A stretch of 63,908 nt of DNA, counting the filler, from Blastocystis sp. subtype 4 (Eukaryota), in NCBI RefSeq assembly GCF_000743755.1. It is 3 parts of 3 records of this genome, joined end to end, with 100 filler letters (N's around TTAATTAATTAA, not from the genome) between each part and the next. Parts side by side here need not be neighbours in the genome. Positions count along the whole stretch, not along the records: positions 1 to 24,327 come from NW_014569386.1; positions 24,428 to 48,735 come from NW_014569385.1; 1 more part is not named here. One strand, written 5' to 3'. The translations under genes and the position numbers were made by a program. Of the stretch, positions 11,803-25,386 are shown piece by piece (position 1 is the first letter of the stretch; every line of letters starts with the position of its first letter). The notes beneath the pieces were generated by a model. It was not told the origin of the DNA. It saw only the letters and a program-made list of their open reading frames with translations, and did no database searches.

Positions 11803-13491
11803 ATGGAGAGGATTTGTGGAATTCTCCCTCAAGTCACAAACCAAGTCCAGATCACTGCACCTGCTCATTACGAGGAGTCGATGAGAATCTTCAGTGAACT
11901 GATATAGAGGAGTGTAATCATGTAGTTGGTGGTCTGACTCCGAATATAACGGAGGAAGAAATAAGAGATCGCTTTTCTGCAGTGAAAGAACTTCCAATCA
12001 AGTCTGTAGAGATCATTCTACGAGAAGATGGCGTTTGTAAGGGTTTCGGGTATTTTAAGAAGTGATTTGGGTTGTAACGCATAGATATATTGATACAGCG
12101 AATGACAATGATGAAGCAGTTGCTAAGTTGATCAAGTTGTTCAATGGAGCAAAGTGGAGAGGTCGATTTTTAAAGTACAGACTGTTGGATTTTGATTCCT
12201 TTAGAGTAGAAATTGCTAAGCCTTCCTATCTTGATCGTATTCAAGAAGAACGTGAACGCCTGGCAAACGGTAACATACCGAAACCAGAAGAAGAGATTGA
12301 GCACATAAAAACAGAGCCTTTATCTGGAATCGAGAATACCTTAATGATTCGAAAGAGCAAACGAAAGTTTCTCGTTGTTTCTGAAGATCCAATCGTTATG
12401 AATCAAATTGGTCAAGTATTGAAAGAAAGACAAGTGGAGATTCCAGAGGGAAGTACAATATCGACAAAGAAGTGATGAAGTGGATTGTAAGTGACTTCTA
12501 GACATCGGTTCATCCAACCTCAAGTGATTCACTTTGATGACTCGCTTCCTTCAGATACGCCAGTTTCGCTGCCAAAACCTCTTGTATCACGTCCAAAGAG
12601 TTCAGAAATACCAGAACCCATCTTTAAGAGTACAATCCAATTGGAAGAGGATGTCTCGCCTTCACCCAGATCTGAGGAATCGAGTGAACCTTCCGACAAA
12701 CCACAGTCTGAGCCTATCAATGAGGGCGTTTTATCGTTTTTGGATGATGAGTCTTCAACTGATTCAGATCGTCTGGAGTTGAGAGCCACTGCCTCATGTT
12801 GTGATGAATCTGGTGCAACGACACTCAAACGAGATTGGAGCGAGAAACTAAGAGATATTGATGAAAAACGGAAACGAATTGAAGAAGAGAGTGGAACAGA
12901 TGAGGAAGAGGAGAGTGGGACAAATGCTGACCTTCAAGAGGAGTCACAAAAATATCAACAAATTTTGGCATCAATTTTGGGCAAGTCGGAACCACAAAAG
13001 GAGACTGCTCCAGTGCCGAATGCCCCAATGTCGTCATTGTTTGAAGAATCTGAAGCCAAGTCGTTCTCACTCTTCAACTTCCTACCAAATGTGGAAGCAG
13101 AACAAGAAGATACAAAACCGAAAGAAACGTAGGAATTCCAGAAATTGTTCAGAATAGGGTATTGGATAAAGTTGCTCCGATTTCGTGGTATAACGAGAAG
13201 AAGTCCAATATGAACGCGTCTGTAAGAGAGAAATGTGAGAGTTATTGTTAGATTGTGACAATTCCCGTGGATACTCCAATGACAAAAATAGCTCATGATT
13301 TTGGCACATTCTTTTATCGGACTGTAAGAATGAAGAAGAGAATTGATAGATAGAGATCATTAGAAGAAGTGAATAAGGAATGGGAAACTGTTCGTCCTAG
13401 TCTAATGAATGATTATCTGAATAAGAGGAAAGGACTGAAGAAGTCGTGGAATAAGAGAGCTGGAATGAAGTCTCGTCAGTCTCGCAAGTGA
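11803..13491 (+). CDS. Nucleolar RRM protein, NOL8-like (start could be 11881)
   Basis: RIFIGGLTPN..CKGFGYI..FNGAKWRGRFLRVEIAKPSYLDRIQEER; acidic low-complexity middle region. Confidence 0.75.
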
Positions 13492-13515
13492 TTGTATGTT
13501 TGTTAGGAAACAGAT

Positions 13516-16500
13516 TCATTCTTCTTCAGTGGAAGAATCACTCTCATTACTCTCATTACTCTCATTCTCATCATCATTAACTTCAATTGCTTCTTCATCC
13601 ATCTCAACCTTCGGTTCCACACGTATCCGTTTCTCATTCTCTTCTTCATTCTTCCTTCGTCCTCGTTTATGTGACATAACTGGCATCTCATCATCCACAA
13701 TTTCATCTCCATTCAGATATCGGTTCTTCAAATTCCCCAACCAGAATGCATCTTCAGCTCCCAGCTTCTTCAACGTATCCTTGATTTGATAGATCAGCTG
13801 TTCCAATTGTTTCTTGATCCTTGGTACATGAGCCAAGGTGGCTGAATCCTTTGTTGCTTTCGCATGAGCACACAGACTCTGAACCTGTCGTGTTGATCGT
13901 TGGACAGTCTTAATGATTGATACTACTTCCGCGGGGAATCGTTGAAGAACATTCCTTAAGAACTTCAAACAGGGTCCTAAGAACAGCGTCATAAACACAT
14001 TAAAGAACTTCAGCGTAGTTGTAAGAATAGTTTGCTTGTCATTCTTCCTTGTTACCAACACTAACATCTCCAGGAGTGTAAACAAACGTCTTAAGACACT
14101 CAGCTGCTCTTCACATTTGGTGTCATCAACCAATAGAATCTCATCTAATTTCAAGTTTTCAATCGCTCTCAGTAATTCTTCATTTGCTGCAGTAAAATAG
14201 AGTTTAAATGTCATTCCAGATAATGTCTTGAAATGAACATGACTCTCTTGAATCGCATCTCTAGTACTATCCTGCTGCTTCTGTGCTTCCTCGTTGACAA
14301 ATGTTTGTATATCCTACACACATCATGCATTCATCATTAATGTTACTTCAACAATCATTTTCAATCTATCGATTGGATTCACACAATACACAACAGCTGT
14401 TCGTAGTAAGAATCGAATCCCAGTGTTCAACTTTGCTGCACTCATTTTCGCAGTGATCACGTCTCGTTCCAGGACTTCCACACTCAAATCACTCATCTTC
14501 TGCAAGCACTCTTTTACACCTGAGTCCTGAAGAACTGTGTCATTTTGCATCAAACGTATGTCACGTGTCTTTGTATCCTCCACATTCATTATCTCACGAC
14601 AGCCTTTCACTTGAAGATGCAATGACACTTGTAGGAACAAAAGCTCTTCTAAACAGCGCAACGACATTACATCCAGCTCATAACTTGCATACTGTTTCAC
14701 ATTGCTGATAAGTCCATCACTTATTCTCATGATATACGGACTTATCTGATTAACTGAATAGAACCGCGGGACTTCAGTTTCTTCTGTTAGCATTTCACTA
14801 GTCATTATATCCACAGAATATCATCACGTTTCACATTGAAGGATGAATTGAGGAGGAAGTGTGGCAGTCCTGAAATAGGCCAGATTTCGGACATATTCGA
14901 TTGGATCTGCATTGTAAATGGCCACTCGGAACTCAGCAGAAGCCAACACCGAATCTACAATCTCCAAAATAGTGATGATTTCTGGAATGACAATTCCTTC
15001 TCTGAAAATGGTATCATTCTCCAATCCTTCCCCATCCTGATCAGCTAGCAAATAGAAAGAATAGCTTTGAGAATATATAGTCATCAGCACTCGAAGGACT
15101 GCAGGAGAGAATGCTGTGACTAATGATCTGATCTCATCAATTGACAATGAGGACTTTGAATGATGCAGTACTTGTACTGCAGAGTTTAAATCACGAAGAA
15201 TCGATCCAAGTGACGACATAGACAGAGCTGGATACGACATGAGATCAATGGAGAGTGACTTGAGAAGATCATCATTGTGAAGGATATGAAGATCATTCCA
15301 ACTGCTTGTCAGAACCTTAAACAGAGATTACGTGAGCAGATGGGTAATTGAGAGATTGAAGGATGGAAGATGTACTGAAAACTAGAGTTTATTTGTCATG
15401 ACGGAAATACATTCGTTTTTTGTCCTTTTGAAGTGGTTTTGACAGATGCACTCAAACCAACGGGGATAAATGGAAGTACACAATTCGACCCGATTCTGTT
15501 AAACTCTTCAATGAGTCCATTGAGCAACACGATTCGCTGTGTGAGCTACTCATGATTCCATCATAGCTTCCCTCACACAATAGCGAATCTGTTCCTCCTC
15601 ACATACACAATACACGGCCACCAACTCCTTCAACCAAACGATCACACCCAACTTAGCTAGCAGAACAATACTCTGAGAAGGTGCTGGGAGATCATCCAGA
15701 ATCACATCACCGCAGGTCACCAAGGGACATCCTACTAATGCATTCACATTTGTTAGCCATTTATCAGGATTTACTGCTCGCTCTGAAGCAACCACAACAC
15801 GTAGCAGAGAAGGAAGCAAAAAGACCGACTGCTTCTGGCGAATCGTGGATTCAGCACATTGATTGGCAACGTTGATACAAACAGTAGCCTTGGAGCCATT
15901 CAAATTGTATTCGGCAACAGGAGTAACGAGATTATTGCAAATCGCGGGAAATTGAGTTGATTCGGAGTAATCGAGAAGATACTGAGAATCGAGAATAGAA
16001 GTCATTGTAGTGTTGATGAACTAACTATCAGGAGAGTAATGATAAATACAGGCATAATGGAAGCTGGAAACAGATTCGCGGTAATCGCCATTTCCATACG
16101 TTGATAGAGAAAATGACGTGCTTCAGGGAAATTGCGTGTTGACTTCAAACAGAACTGAAACATGGATTGAACACTCTATATGAGAGATGAAGAGAATTCT
16201 CACTTCATCATCACCTTGATCATACTGGATAATTGCACACACTCCTAAGATACCCATTCGCTTGTAATGCAAATCATTCATACCCAAATACTTCCGTGTT
16301 AAGATGAACAATTCATCAAGGCCACTTGAATCATTCAATGATAACTGACACAAAATGTCCAGTAATGTATTGATTTGAGATGAATTCAGACGTTCGGCAT
16401 AATCTAACACGCCTCGTATGAAGATTCTGTATTTGCGCAAATCAGCGATATTTTTGTCATTCTGAGCAAGTGTTTTTAACACAGCTAAAGCAGTTGTTAC

Positions 16501-18201
16501 TTCATGACCAACTGATGACGAAGGCTCTTCAGAATTGGTTACGGAACTATAGGAAACAGCAGAAGCACCAATTTGTGTGATGAGAGAAGAGATAATCTGA
16601 TCATCATTTCATTTCGCTAATCCAACATCTTGTTGATAATATGGTTGCGAATACTCTTCCCATAATGCAATATAGATGCTTTGTGCTAATTCCTGTGCTA
16701 CTGAAGATGAATTGTGAGCTAAGACTTCTGCCATTTTCAATAGTGATTTTGTTACAGAAACCAAAGCTACACCATTGCCTTGAATTGCTTTTACAAAGAG
16801 AACTGATTTGGCGGGAAGTTTGTACAATCGTCGTGTTAAGATTCGTTCAATCTTATTTTGATGATTGTATTTGACACCTACTTGATAAGTTTGAAGATTC
16901 TCTCGTAATAATATGGCTAGAATCCACACATCCAAAGGAACAAAATCCTCAACCGAAATGGAATTCAAAATCTCGATTTACAACTTCCCTCCATTCTTAC
17001 TTTGATAAACACTTTTCCAATTTCCTGACGCTGTTGGAAGCAACTCTGTAATTCTTCGAATACACGAGGTCCTACTGAAGAAGCCTCTATTCTTCACGTC
17101 ATCTCGCTCTTTGTTACTTGAGGCCCATTTCGACGGATCACACGACTGCCGAATCACACCAATCACTTGATTGCATTCAGAACCACTCTTCCCTGCATTG
17201 GTAAGAGGACACACCCGAAGCAGAAATCGTAACTATTTATGGAAATGCAATTCGAATCCTACCACAAGAGGAAGATCATCGAGAGAGACAGAAGTCAAAG
17301 CTCCTGTGAAGATTGACAAGTGATCACTGAATTGCTGTTCTGTCAGACGAAGGTTCTCCAATGTTGAGAGAAGAACAGAACAGAGAGAGGAATCGGACTG
17401 GAGCAATGCGATCAAGTCTTTCACACACATCTTATGAATCAATTTCATCTAACTCATACTTCTTGGTTATTATCATGAACGAGTTCAGGAAGTAGGTTCA
17501 GAATCTCTTTCTGAACTGGAAGTGAACAGATCTACTACTCAGTACAAGGAGCAATTTCCACAGCCAATGTTTCCAAAAGGCCCGAAACCAATGTTGAGCA
17601 ATCTGATACAAAATCCAACCAGCGAAATTGATTCAGGAGAAGCATAATGATGCAATCACGACTTACCTCTTCATCGGAGTGTTCTGTGACTTTTGAGAGA
17701 AGATACTTAATTATAGCAGATTGTAATAAATCAACACGCATGAGAAGATGACATACACTATCTTGGTTAAAGGAAGAGAAAGCGATTTCTATAGATCATC
17801 CATCATTCTTATATCAAACCATCATCAGACACATTTGCAACATTGATCGGCTTGATGAATCTCTTTAATTCGTCTGGATCTGCAAGCGTACTTTCGACAT
17901 CTATAGGTAAGGAAATCTTAAAACCAATATACCTTGCATAATTGCAGCAGCTTGATCTGCATTCTGGATTTGCTGACGCAATGAACAAAGAGAATCAAAG
18001 ACATTTGGACTTGAGAAGGTATCTACACGTTTATTCCCTATTTAGCATCATTATACCTCCAGATGGAGTGATATTTGCGTTTTTTAGCACAACTTCTAGG
18101 GATTGAGATGACGGCTGTGATTTCTGAGTACTACTAGTAGAACTGGTATCAGATTGAGTATTTGATTTCTTCCATCCACGTTTTCGACTGAGAAGTGGCA
18201 T
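13516..18201 (-). CDS. FANCD2: Fanconi anemia group D2 protein (multi-exon)
   Basis: LLNQFRWLD, DDLPLVV, RGVLDY, DELFILTRKYL..YKRMGILG (monoubiquitination-site region), QRSTRQVQSLCAHAK, FWLGNLKNR. Confidence 0.9.
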
Positions 18202-18259
18202 ATGAAAGAATATTTGAATCTGCCGCCAAAAGAGATCATTGTTAACAAACACAAAGCAA

Positions 18260-19765
18260 TCAAATACGTACCATAGTCAATGGTAGTAAGACACGATTGT
18301 TCATATCCAAAACCTTATAGTAGATGAGAAGATCCTTGCCAATAATAAGTCGAAAGCTAAACTGTGATCCCTTTGGATACGTCTTTCCAAGCGAAATAAC
18401 TAGTTTCTTAATTACATCAAATCCATTCTCTGTTTCTTCCACCAAATATGTTCGAATAGAATCATCATCTTTCGTTAGAACAATCTGACGTGATACATCC
18501 TTCGGAAGCGTGTCTGTTTTCACTGCAATATACTCTGGTGTGCTTCTCGAATTCAGAATTCCAATTCCTTTTGGTAGAATTGATCGAGTAAACAACATTC
18601 CTCCACTCACCTTCACCGTATCTCGACGGTAACCATATCGAGCTGCTCCATTGGATACACAACGCAAGGGCGAGATATCATAAGCTACAAGATCTCCAAA
18701 CAAATCTTGTAATCGATTCCGAACCAGACAGAAGTCGCCTGATCCACCAATTACCAAAATCTTCTGTATTTGTGGACATGTTCGCATCATATTTTTTGTC
18801 ATGTCAATGGTTCGAGTTACAATGTCTTGGACTCTATTAATGTTGATACTAAAATCGAAAACATCATTCCAATCTTCACAGAAGTCTACCGTATTTACTT
18901 TTATCACACTATTGATATTGTTTCCAATTTTCACCTTCTTTTCTTCGGCGAATTGACGGATCCTCAATCGGATTGTATTAATCGCCCTTTCCGATTTATC
19001 TTTATATAAATCATGATGGAGGACTTCTGTGATTCGACTTTCCAATTCTTTACAAATCGCCATTGTGATATCTTCACCTCCTAAATGACTGTTTCCATCA
19101 CAATCTAAAACAGAAAATACACCATTCTTATACTCAACAACACAAATATCAAAGGTTCCACCACCAAAATCGTAGGTTAGTAATGTGCAATCGTTCAGAT
19201 TGTTAACAGTACAATATTCATATGCAGCCATCACAGGTTCTAACTGCAACTCTACTGAATTAAATCCAGCCAATTCAGCAGCTCGCTCCGTTTCAATACG
19301 CTGACTCCAAGAAAACATTACAGGAATAGTAATAACCACGTTTGATACTGTTCTACCAAGCTGTTTCTCGGCATCCTCCTTCATATGCTTCAAAATCATC
19401 GCACTGACTTGAGTTGCAGATACACTCCTATCTTGAGACCTGATATAATACCCCGGGATGATTTCCGCATCATCATTCTCCTTGACACCGCATATAGGAG
19501 AACCATAGGTTTTGATATCATAATTATTGGATCCATTGAACTTCTGTCCAATAAGTCGTTTTGGACAGAGAGCAAATCCAGAAAACGTCTGGTCACCAAA
19601 TGATACACAGGGATTCGTTCCGTTCCTCAAGAACTGCACTGTAGATGGATATGTAGCAAGCCGATCAGGAGAAACCGACTTCAACTCCTTTGTGTCTGGA
19701 TCTACATACGAAACCAAAGAATGAGTTGTTCCAAGATCAATTCCCACCGTAATCTCTTGTGCCAT
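18260..19765 (-). CDS. Divergent intronless Hsp70-family protein, 501 aa
   Basis: GIDLGTT, VVITIP, EPVMAA, YDFGGGTFD, HLGGED, ILVIGGS; short degenerate substrate-binding part. Confidence 0.85.
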   Translation of the reverse strand: MAQEITVGIDLGTTHSLVSYVDPDTKELKSVSPDRLATYPSTVQFLRNGTNPCVSFGDQTFSGFALCPKRLIGQKFNGSNNYDIKTYGSPICGVKENDDAEIIPGYYIRSQDRSVSATQVSAMILKHMKEDAEKQLGRTVSNVVITIPVMFSWSQRIETERAAELAGFNSVELQLEPVMAAYEYCTVNNLNDCTLLTYDFGGGTFDICVVEYKNGVFSVLDCDGNSHLGGEDITMAICKELESRITEVLHHDLYKDKSERAINTIRLRIRQFAEEKKVKIGNNINSVIKVNTVDFCEDWNDVFDFSININRVQDIVTRTIDMTKNMMRTCPQIQKILVIGGSGDFCLVRNRLQDLFGDLVAYDISPLRCVSNGAARYGYRRDTVKVSGGMLFTRSILPKGIGILNSRSTPEYIAVKTDTLPKDVSRQIVLTKDDDSIRTYLVEETENGFDVIKKLVISLGKTYPKGSQFSFRLIIGKDLLIYYKVLDMNNRVLLPLTMVRI

Positions 19766-19831
19766 TCACGACAGGCAACAGAAAAATAAACTGAGCAACA
19801 AACATGTTGTAAAGGATAAATAAACGAGCTA

Positions 19832-22800
19832 CTAAATCAGGTTCTGGATTTCTGCCAATTTCCTTTTTATCATTCCACTCTTATCCGATCCTAATACCTC
19901 CCATAGAGCATTCATCAACTGAGGTGGAGACTGCATCTCAATAGTCTTCACAATCCTCAGCATTCGATTTTCCAAATCGCGATCCGAAATGACTCCAACA
20001 CTATCACAAAGAATCTGGAGAATTCTAGGAATATTCTGATTCGTTTCTCCAACTAAAGCACTTTCACCTCTCTCCAGCAAACCACACAATAATTGCATGC
20101 AGTGAGCATTCTGCTCTTCATATTCCGGGATGGGTAGATGGCTAAGCCAAAATGAGTAATGATCTCCCAGCATGATCAGATAGCTACCAAGATAGAAGCA
20201 TACCTTCCCCAATACTTCAATGTCCATTGCATTACTCTTGGCATAACATCTCTCTCGCGATACAGGATCGTCCAGAGTAAACTCGATTTCTTTGACACAT
20301 CGTGGCGCAATCTCGCAGACCAAATCCTTACCGATTTCAGCGGCCATACCAATGGCTTCAGCTGCAGCCTCTCGAATGTCAGCATCAGCTGAATGCAGTT
20401 CACGTAAGAAGATTGGTATAAATCGAGGGTAATACTGGAATGCTTCTTTGCCACAATACTCCACGATTTTTGCCATCACATACAGACCTACTAATCGATC
20501 ACCAGCAGTTCGGGATTCATCACTACATTCAAATACGTCCTCCAACATAATTTCATGCACTAACGGTAATGCCAAACCCGCATGTGTCTGCAATAATGTC
20601 CCTATATTTTTGGAAATCCACAAATGAGCTGTATTTTCACTCTGTTCCATCTCTCTATATTCTTCAACTTCCTCTTCATCCCAAGCTTCCTGCTCGAGTT
20701 CAGCAGAACGTACAGCTCGTCTCTCAAAGGATGCTCGCAGTGTTTGCTGCAATACCTCGCATATGCGAGCCACTTCAGCTCCCTGAAGGACACGAACAGT
20801 CTGACCGCTGATGACCAGAGTACTTTTCTCCAAACAAATTGAGAGTGTTTGGAGAGCAGGAATCAGAAGATCTAATTCTGTTTCCTCTGCAAGGAATGTC
20901 AACAGAGTATCCAGAATAAATAGGAAGTGTTGCCGATAATCATCAATTCCCGCGGGACTCGTCATAGTCTCAGCAACAGCAATAAGGATTTCAGGCATAA
21001 TTGCTAATGAGGATAACTTCATATCATCAAAAGGAGCCGTATTTAGAAGTGGTAACACAGTATGCATGATCTGAGGTAACCATTGTTTGAGTGCTCCATG
21101 CAAATCATCCACGAAAATACTCAGAATCCGACAAGCACGTGCTTTCTCATCTACAGCATTTGTTCGAATACCCAAACTATCCAGATCAACGAGTTCATCC
21201 TATGAATCAGCATGGTCCCTCAGTAAACCTACTCCCATATCCTCCAACAGCTCAGTTAACGCTTCTTCACCTGGCATTTCAATCTCTTGTGAAGCTGTAT
21301 GAAGTAGAATAGGAACAATGGTATTCAAATATGGAATGAAGTCTTCTTTTAATGCTGAACACATTCTGCCCCATGCCTATTCTTCATAAGGAGTATCAAT
21401 CATACAGTCATCATATAAATCTTCATATCAGACCCATCATTCTCAACTTCACCCATCCCTTCTCTGTACATCACTTCCAACAAATCACGAGCATCATTCT
21501 TAAACAATGTTCCTCCTACTGCTGCTCCTACGCATGTGATACACTCTAAAGCATTTGCTCGATAAATTGTTACATCAGCTGGATCTGTTAGTGTATTCAT
21601 TGTGATAGGAGGATGAATGTACAGTGATTTGATAATAGGCATGACTTGATTATAGAATGGAGACAGTAAGTCACCAACACAATCAGCAATGCTGGCAATA
21701 GCAAACATGATCTGAGGATGAAGACTGATATCAACAAGTACCTGCTGCTGGACAATGATTGGAGCACTTTGTAATGAAGCAACGAGAGCATTCATCATGT
21801 TACTAAGAACTGGTTGGAGAAGTGTGGATGAGGATCCGTCAACAAAGTTACTGAGAGCAGCTGCGGTAATGAATCGAACTCGAATTGGTTGACTAACATC
21901 TAGGAGGGAGAAGATGGCATTCAATGATTCAACAGAGAGGTCCTTTTGAAGATATGGAGCAAAATCCGTGGCTAATTGTCCTAAGCACCGTACAGAAGCA
22001 TAACGAACACGAGGATGGGGATCATGAAATGATGCGATAACATACTTACAAATGGTTTCTCTCTGCTGAGCATCAGTCACAATCTCAGCAACTTCAGAGA
22101 GAGCGAACATCACAGCATGTCGTCGTCTCCAGTCATCTGAGTGAATATATTCGTCGACCATTGTATATAGAGGCGGTAGAAACACACGCCCACGAAGAGC
22201 TACACTCACACGCCCAAGAACATTCAAGGCATTGGAGAAAGCTCCAAGGTCTGTTTCATCAGGTTCCTCTTCACTTGTCTCCCACTGAGGATCTTCATCA
22301 ATATTCACAAGCATACCACCAAGGATATGAAGAAGAGGAATCACAAAGGTCGTCAGAGGTAATGACCGAATCATGACAGGAGAATTCTCACTCAAGAGTG
22401 TGAGAAATTCTAACGCACTTTGACGTGTATCGTGATCAATACCAACAGCACGTGCAATACTAACCATTGCATTTATTAGAGATTCTAACTAGGAATGAGA
22501 CCAAAATGTAAGTAGGACATTCTGCTTGAAGAAGGTCGGATGGACTTCCACTAAGTCACAAAGAGCTTTGATAATCTCTCTAGCAAAGAGAACTCTGTTA
22601 TGATTCAACATATCACCTAGAGCACGGAGGATCAGAGGAATCAAAATCACAAATGGAAGGGTTTCTGGAGTTTGGAGTTTTAAGAGTAATGAACAGATAG
22701 CCCGACATGCCTCAACTTGAATAAGAGGATGATCATATTGCTTGAGTGATTGTTGGAACACGGTAAGAAGATTAGGAAAATCATCTTTATCAGCAACTGC

Positions 22801-23367
22801 CAAGTATGGCGTAAGGTGATTAATAATTGTTATACCACTAAGACGCTTTGCTGGGTCAAGAGACTGAGAAAAAGCAAACAATGTAGGAAGGAGATCAGGC
22901 CACTAGATATGATGTTATCAGAATATTCCATACTGAACCAGATTCCAAGAGACCCAAACCAAGTTCACCAATAGACTGGCATATCTTCTCACGAATATTG
23001 AGTTCCTTTTCAGTCTATTCATTTCAAGCATTTATATTGAATTCATACATCTAGTAACTTGAGGAGTTCAGCCTTAATGGAAGATTGAAACTCAGGCGAG
23101 AGATTTATCCATACTCCATCTTCTGAAAACGATAGCTTTTGCCGAATTAAAATGCAAGATAGATTACGAACGGATGAAAGCGTCGATGTACGAAGAACCT
23201 AGAGAAATCAAATTTTCACCATACAAACAACATACATTCATCAATCCAATCAAATAAGTCTCTGGAGTTTTCTCTAAGTCCGCAATTGTCTGTTCTGCGG
23301 AACTACGTAACGAGTTATCTTTCCCCAGGAGTTGTTTTAGAAGGCATTCCATAGAATTAACATCCAT
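19832..23367 (-). CDS. IPO5: Importin-5 / karyopherin beta-3 (Pse1-like)
   Basis: HEAT repeats; WRRRHA, DPHPRVRYA..LGQLATDFAP, ALECITCVGAAVG, GIRTNAVDEKARAC. Confidence 0.9.
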
Positions 23368-23880
23368 CTACTCAATAAGCTTTCTCGTTTCCAAGACTCA
23401 CAGCAACCATCGATGTAGGAGTCAACAGAAATTGTTGGGTGTACTAAAATGGAGGTCTTTAAGTAAGTCAGTAGTTCAAATAACGAACTCTCTTCTTAAA
23501 GAAGCACTTTCTATCTTGATAAGACCATCTGCAAAGTATATAAAAGAACCGCGGTTTATAGTTTTGATGGTTTTTCTCTTCCATTATGAGTTCAATCAAT
23601 GTGATACGCTCTCAATAAGTACAATTAAACGAGTTATAAACGAAAGTGAATACAAACGTGATAGATTGCGGAAACTATCCTATATCGCATTTCTATTGGT
23701 GATTTATCCAAGTTCCGATTGTTTTGTGTCTGGATCATGTCTTCTTTCGCTTTTGCATAGTCCAGAAAAACGTCCAATACGATAATCGCGGGAATATGCA
23801 TGAATTATCGTATGTCTCCAGTACTTGGCAATGATTCCACCATTGAGAGATCTCTAATTCTATACGATTACCCTTGATCC

Positions 23881-24327
23881 ATGCTCCGATTAACCAAAGT
23901 AGAGGTAATAAGGGTTTGTGAGGTATAGGCCTTTACTCAATGTTCGCGCAAAGCTGTAATGGTAGTTTCTTGTGATTCATTGTAATCAAGTAGATCACAA
24001 GAACCTTTGCAGATAAGCCATTTGTATATCAGGATATCTTTGAGAATGCAAAGCCTGATACCACCAAATACCGCAAGATCACTGGTGACTATGTGTCTAC
24101 CATTAATGTTGATGGAAAGAAGGTCTTGAAGGTGGCTCCTGAGGGTTTAACGTAGGTTTCTTATTTTACTTGAGTATCTAGTCTTCTTGCCGAAACTTGC
24201 ATGGGAGAGATTTCCCATTACCTCCGCGCTGCTCATTTGGAGAAGCTTGTCCAGATCATGGAGGATCCTGAAGCTTCAGATAATGACAAGTATGTTGCTA
24301 TGAACTTTTTGAAGAATGCAACGATTG
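23881..24327 (+). CDS. Class I (Fe-S) fumarate hydratase, 5' part, truncated by gap; N-terminal organellar presequence
   Basis: Spliced MLRLTKAFTQCSRKAVMITRTFA-DKPFVYQDIF..TKYRKIT..VLKVAPEGLTLLAE..ISHYLRAAHL..DPEASDNDKYVA matches the FumA/FumB N-terminus. Confidence 0.88.
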
Positions 24328-24427
24328 NNNNNNNNNNNNNNNNNNNNNNNNNNNNNNNNNNNNNNNNNNNNTTAATTAATTAANNNNNNNNNNNNNNNNN
24401 NNNNNNNNNNNNNNNNNNNNNNNNNNN
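24328..24427. other. Assembly gap linker N44-TTAATTAATTAA-N44
   Basis: 100-nt block with stop codons in all six frames; identical copy at 48736. Confidence 0.97.
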
Positions 24428-25158
24428 ATACTTATGAGAAACACCACGATCAGCTCCACCTAATGGGAAGAAGGCCATGAAATACATTCCATTCTTATCC
24501 AACAGATCCTTCACTTCCCACTGTTGGAGATAAGGATGTAACTCAACTGATTGACAGCAGGTTTTACAGTACATCGATCCAGAAGAAGTTGGAGTCTCTT
24601 ACTTGTGTAGTTGGACACTCCAATGGCTCTCAGAATGCCCTTGTGAAGTATTCTTCCAGTTTCCTCCAAGTTGGCATAAGCAGATCAATGTTGAATCCAA
24701 GAATCTCACACCCCTCTTTGGAACTACACTATGGTCAAAGAAGTAACCCTCTTGACGTCTCTTCTCCTCTTCAGGAGATAGATTATAGAAGTAGGGCTTG
24801 TGAAGAAGGAAAAGATCGATATAAGATGTCTGAAGATCATCTAATGCCTGGAGAATAGCCTTCTCTGCATTCTCTGGTTTCCAGTCACAGCACCATAGCT
24901 TTGAAGTGATGAAATGTTCTTCTCTCTTCACAATTCCCTCATCAATACACTTCTTGATAGCAGCACCAACTTCCTTATGGTTCATATACAAACAAACAGT
25001 ATCAATGAGACGATATCCAGCCTTGATAGCAGTTTCAACAGCTTCTGTACACGAATTCCCTGTAGAGAGGTAGGTTCTAGAATCAAGAATTGCTTCAATC
25101 CTTACCCAAGTCCCAGAAGGGGCATCTTTACATCATTGTTCAGAATAACACTGTTCAT
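24428..25158 (-). pseudogene. Aldo-keto reductase with three apparent frameshifts (pseudogene or contig-end errors), truncated by gap
   Basis: MPLLGLGTY, AGYRLIDT..Y, FITSKLW, YIDLFLLHKP, AIGVSNY, VELHPYLQQ fall in different frames near 24700, 24645 and 24547 with no usable intron. Confidence 0.65.
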
Positions 25159-25386
25159 TTAGAAGATATAAGCAATTGATAAGGGGTAACAAAACTATAA
25201 ATCTGGGATTGAAGATCTTAGAGAAACTGCTCAACTTGTGCGGTGAGAGTGTCAATCAGATTACAAGAACTTGTGATTGACAAATCAACCTGACGTAACG
25301 ATTACTCACTGTAACAAACGATAGAATTTCGCGTATGCCGAACCCTAGAAAAGATACAAGATCATTTCTTCCATAACAAACACTAC

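Noticed and set aside
23432..23785. 117-aa ORF between IPO5 and fumarase
   Set aside because: Non-ATG start, no motif and no clear 3' element; probably divergent promoter DNA.
24328..24427. TTAATTAATTAA palindrome within N runs (also 48736-48835)
   Set aside because: Synthetic six-frame-stop scaffolding linker. Adjacency across these gaps is also unproven.
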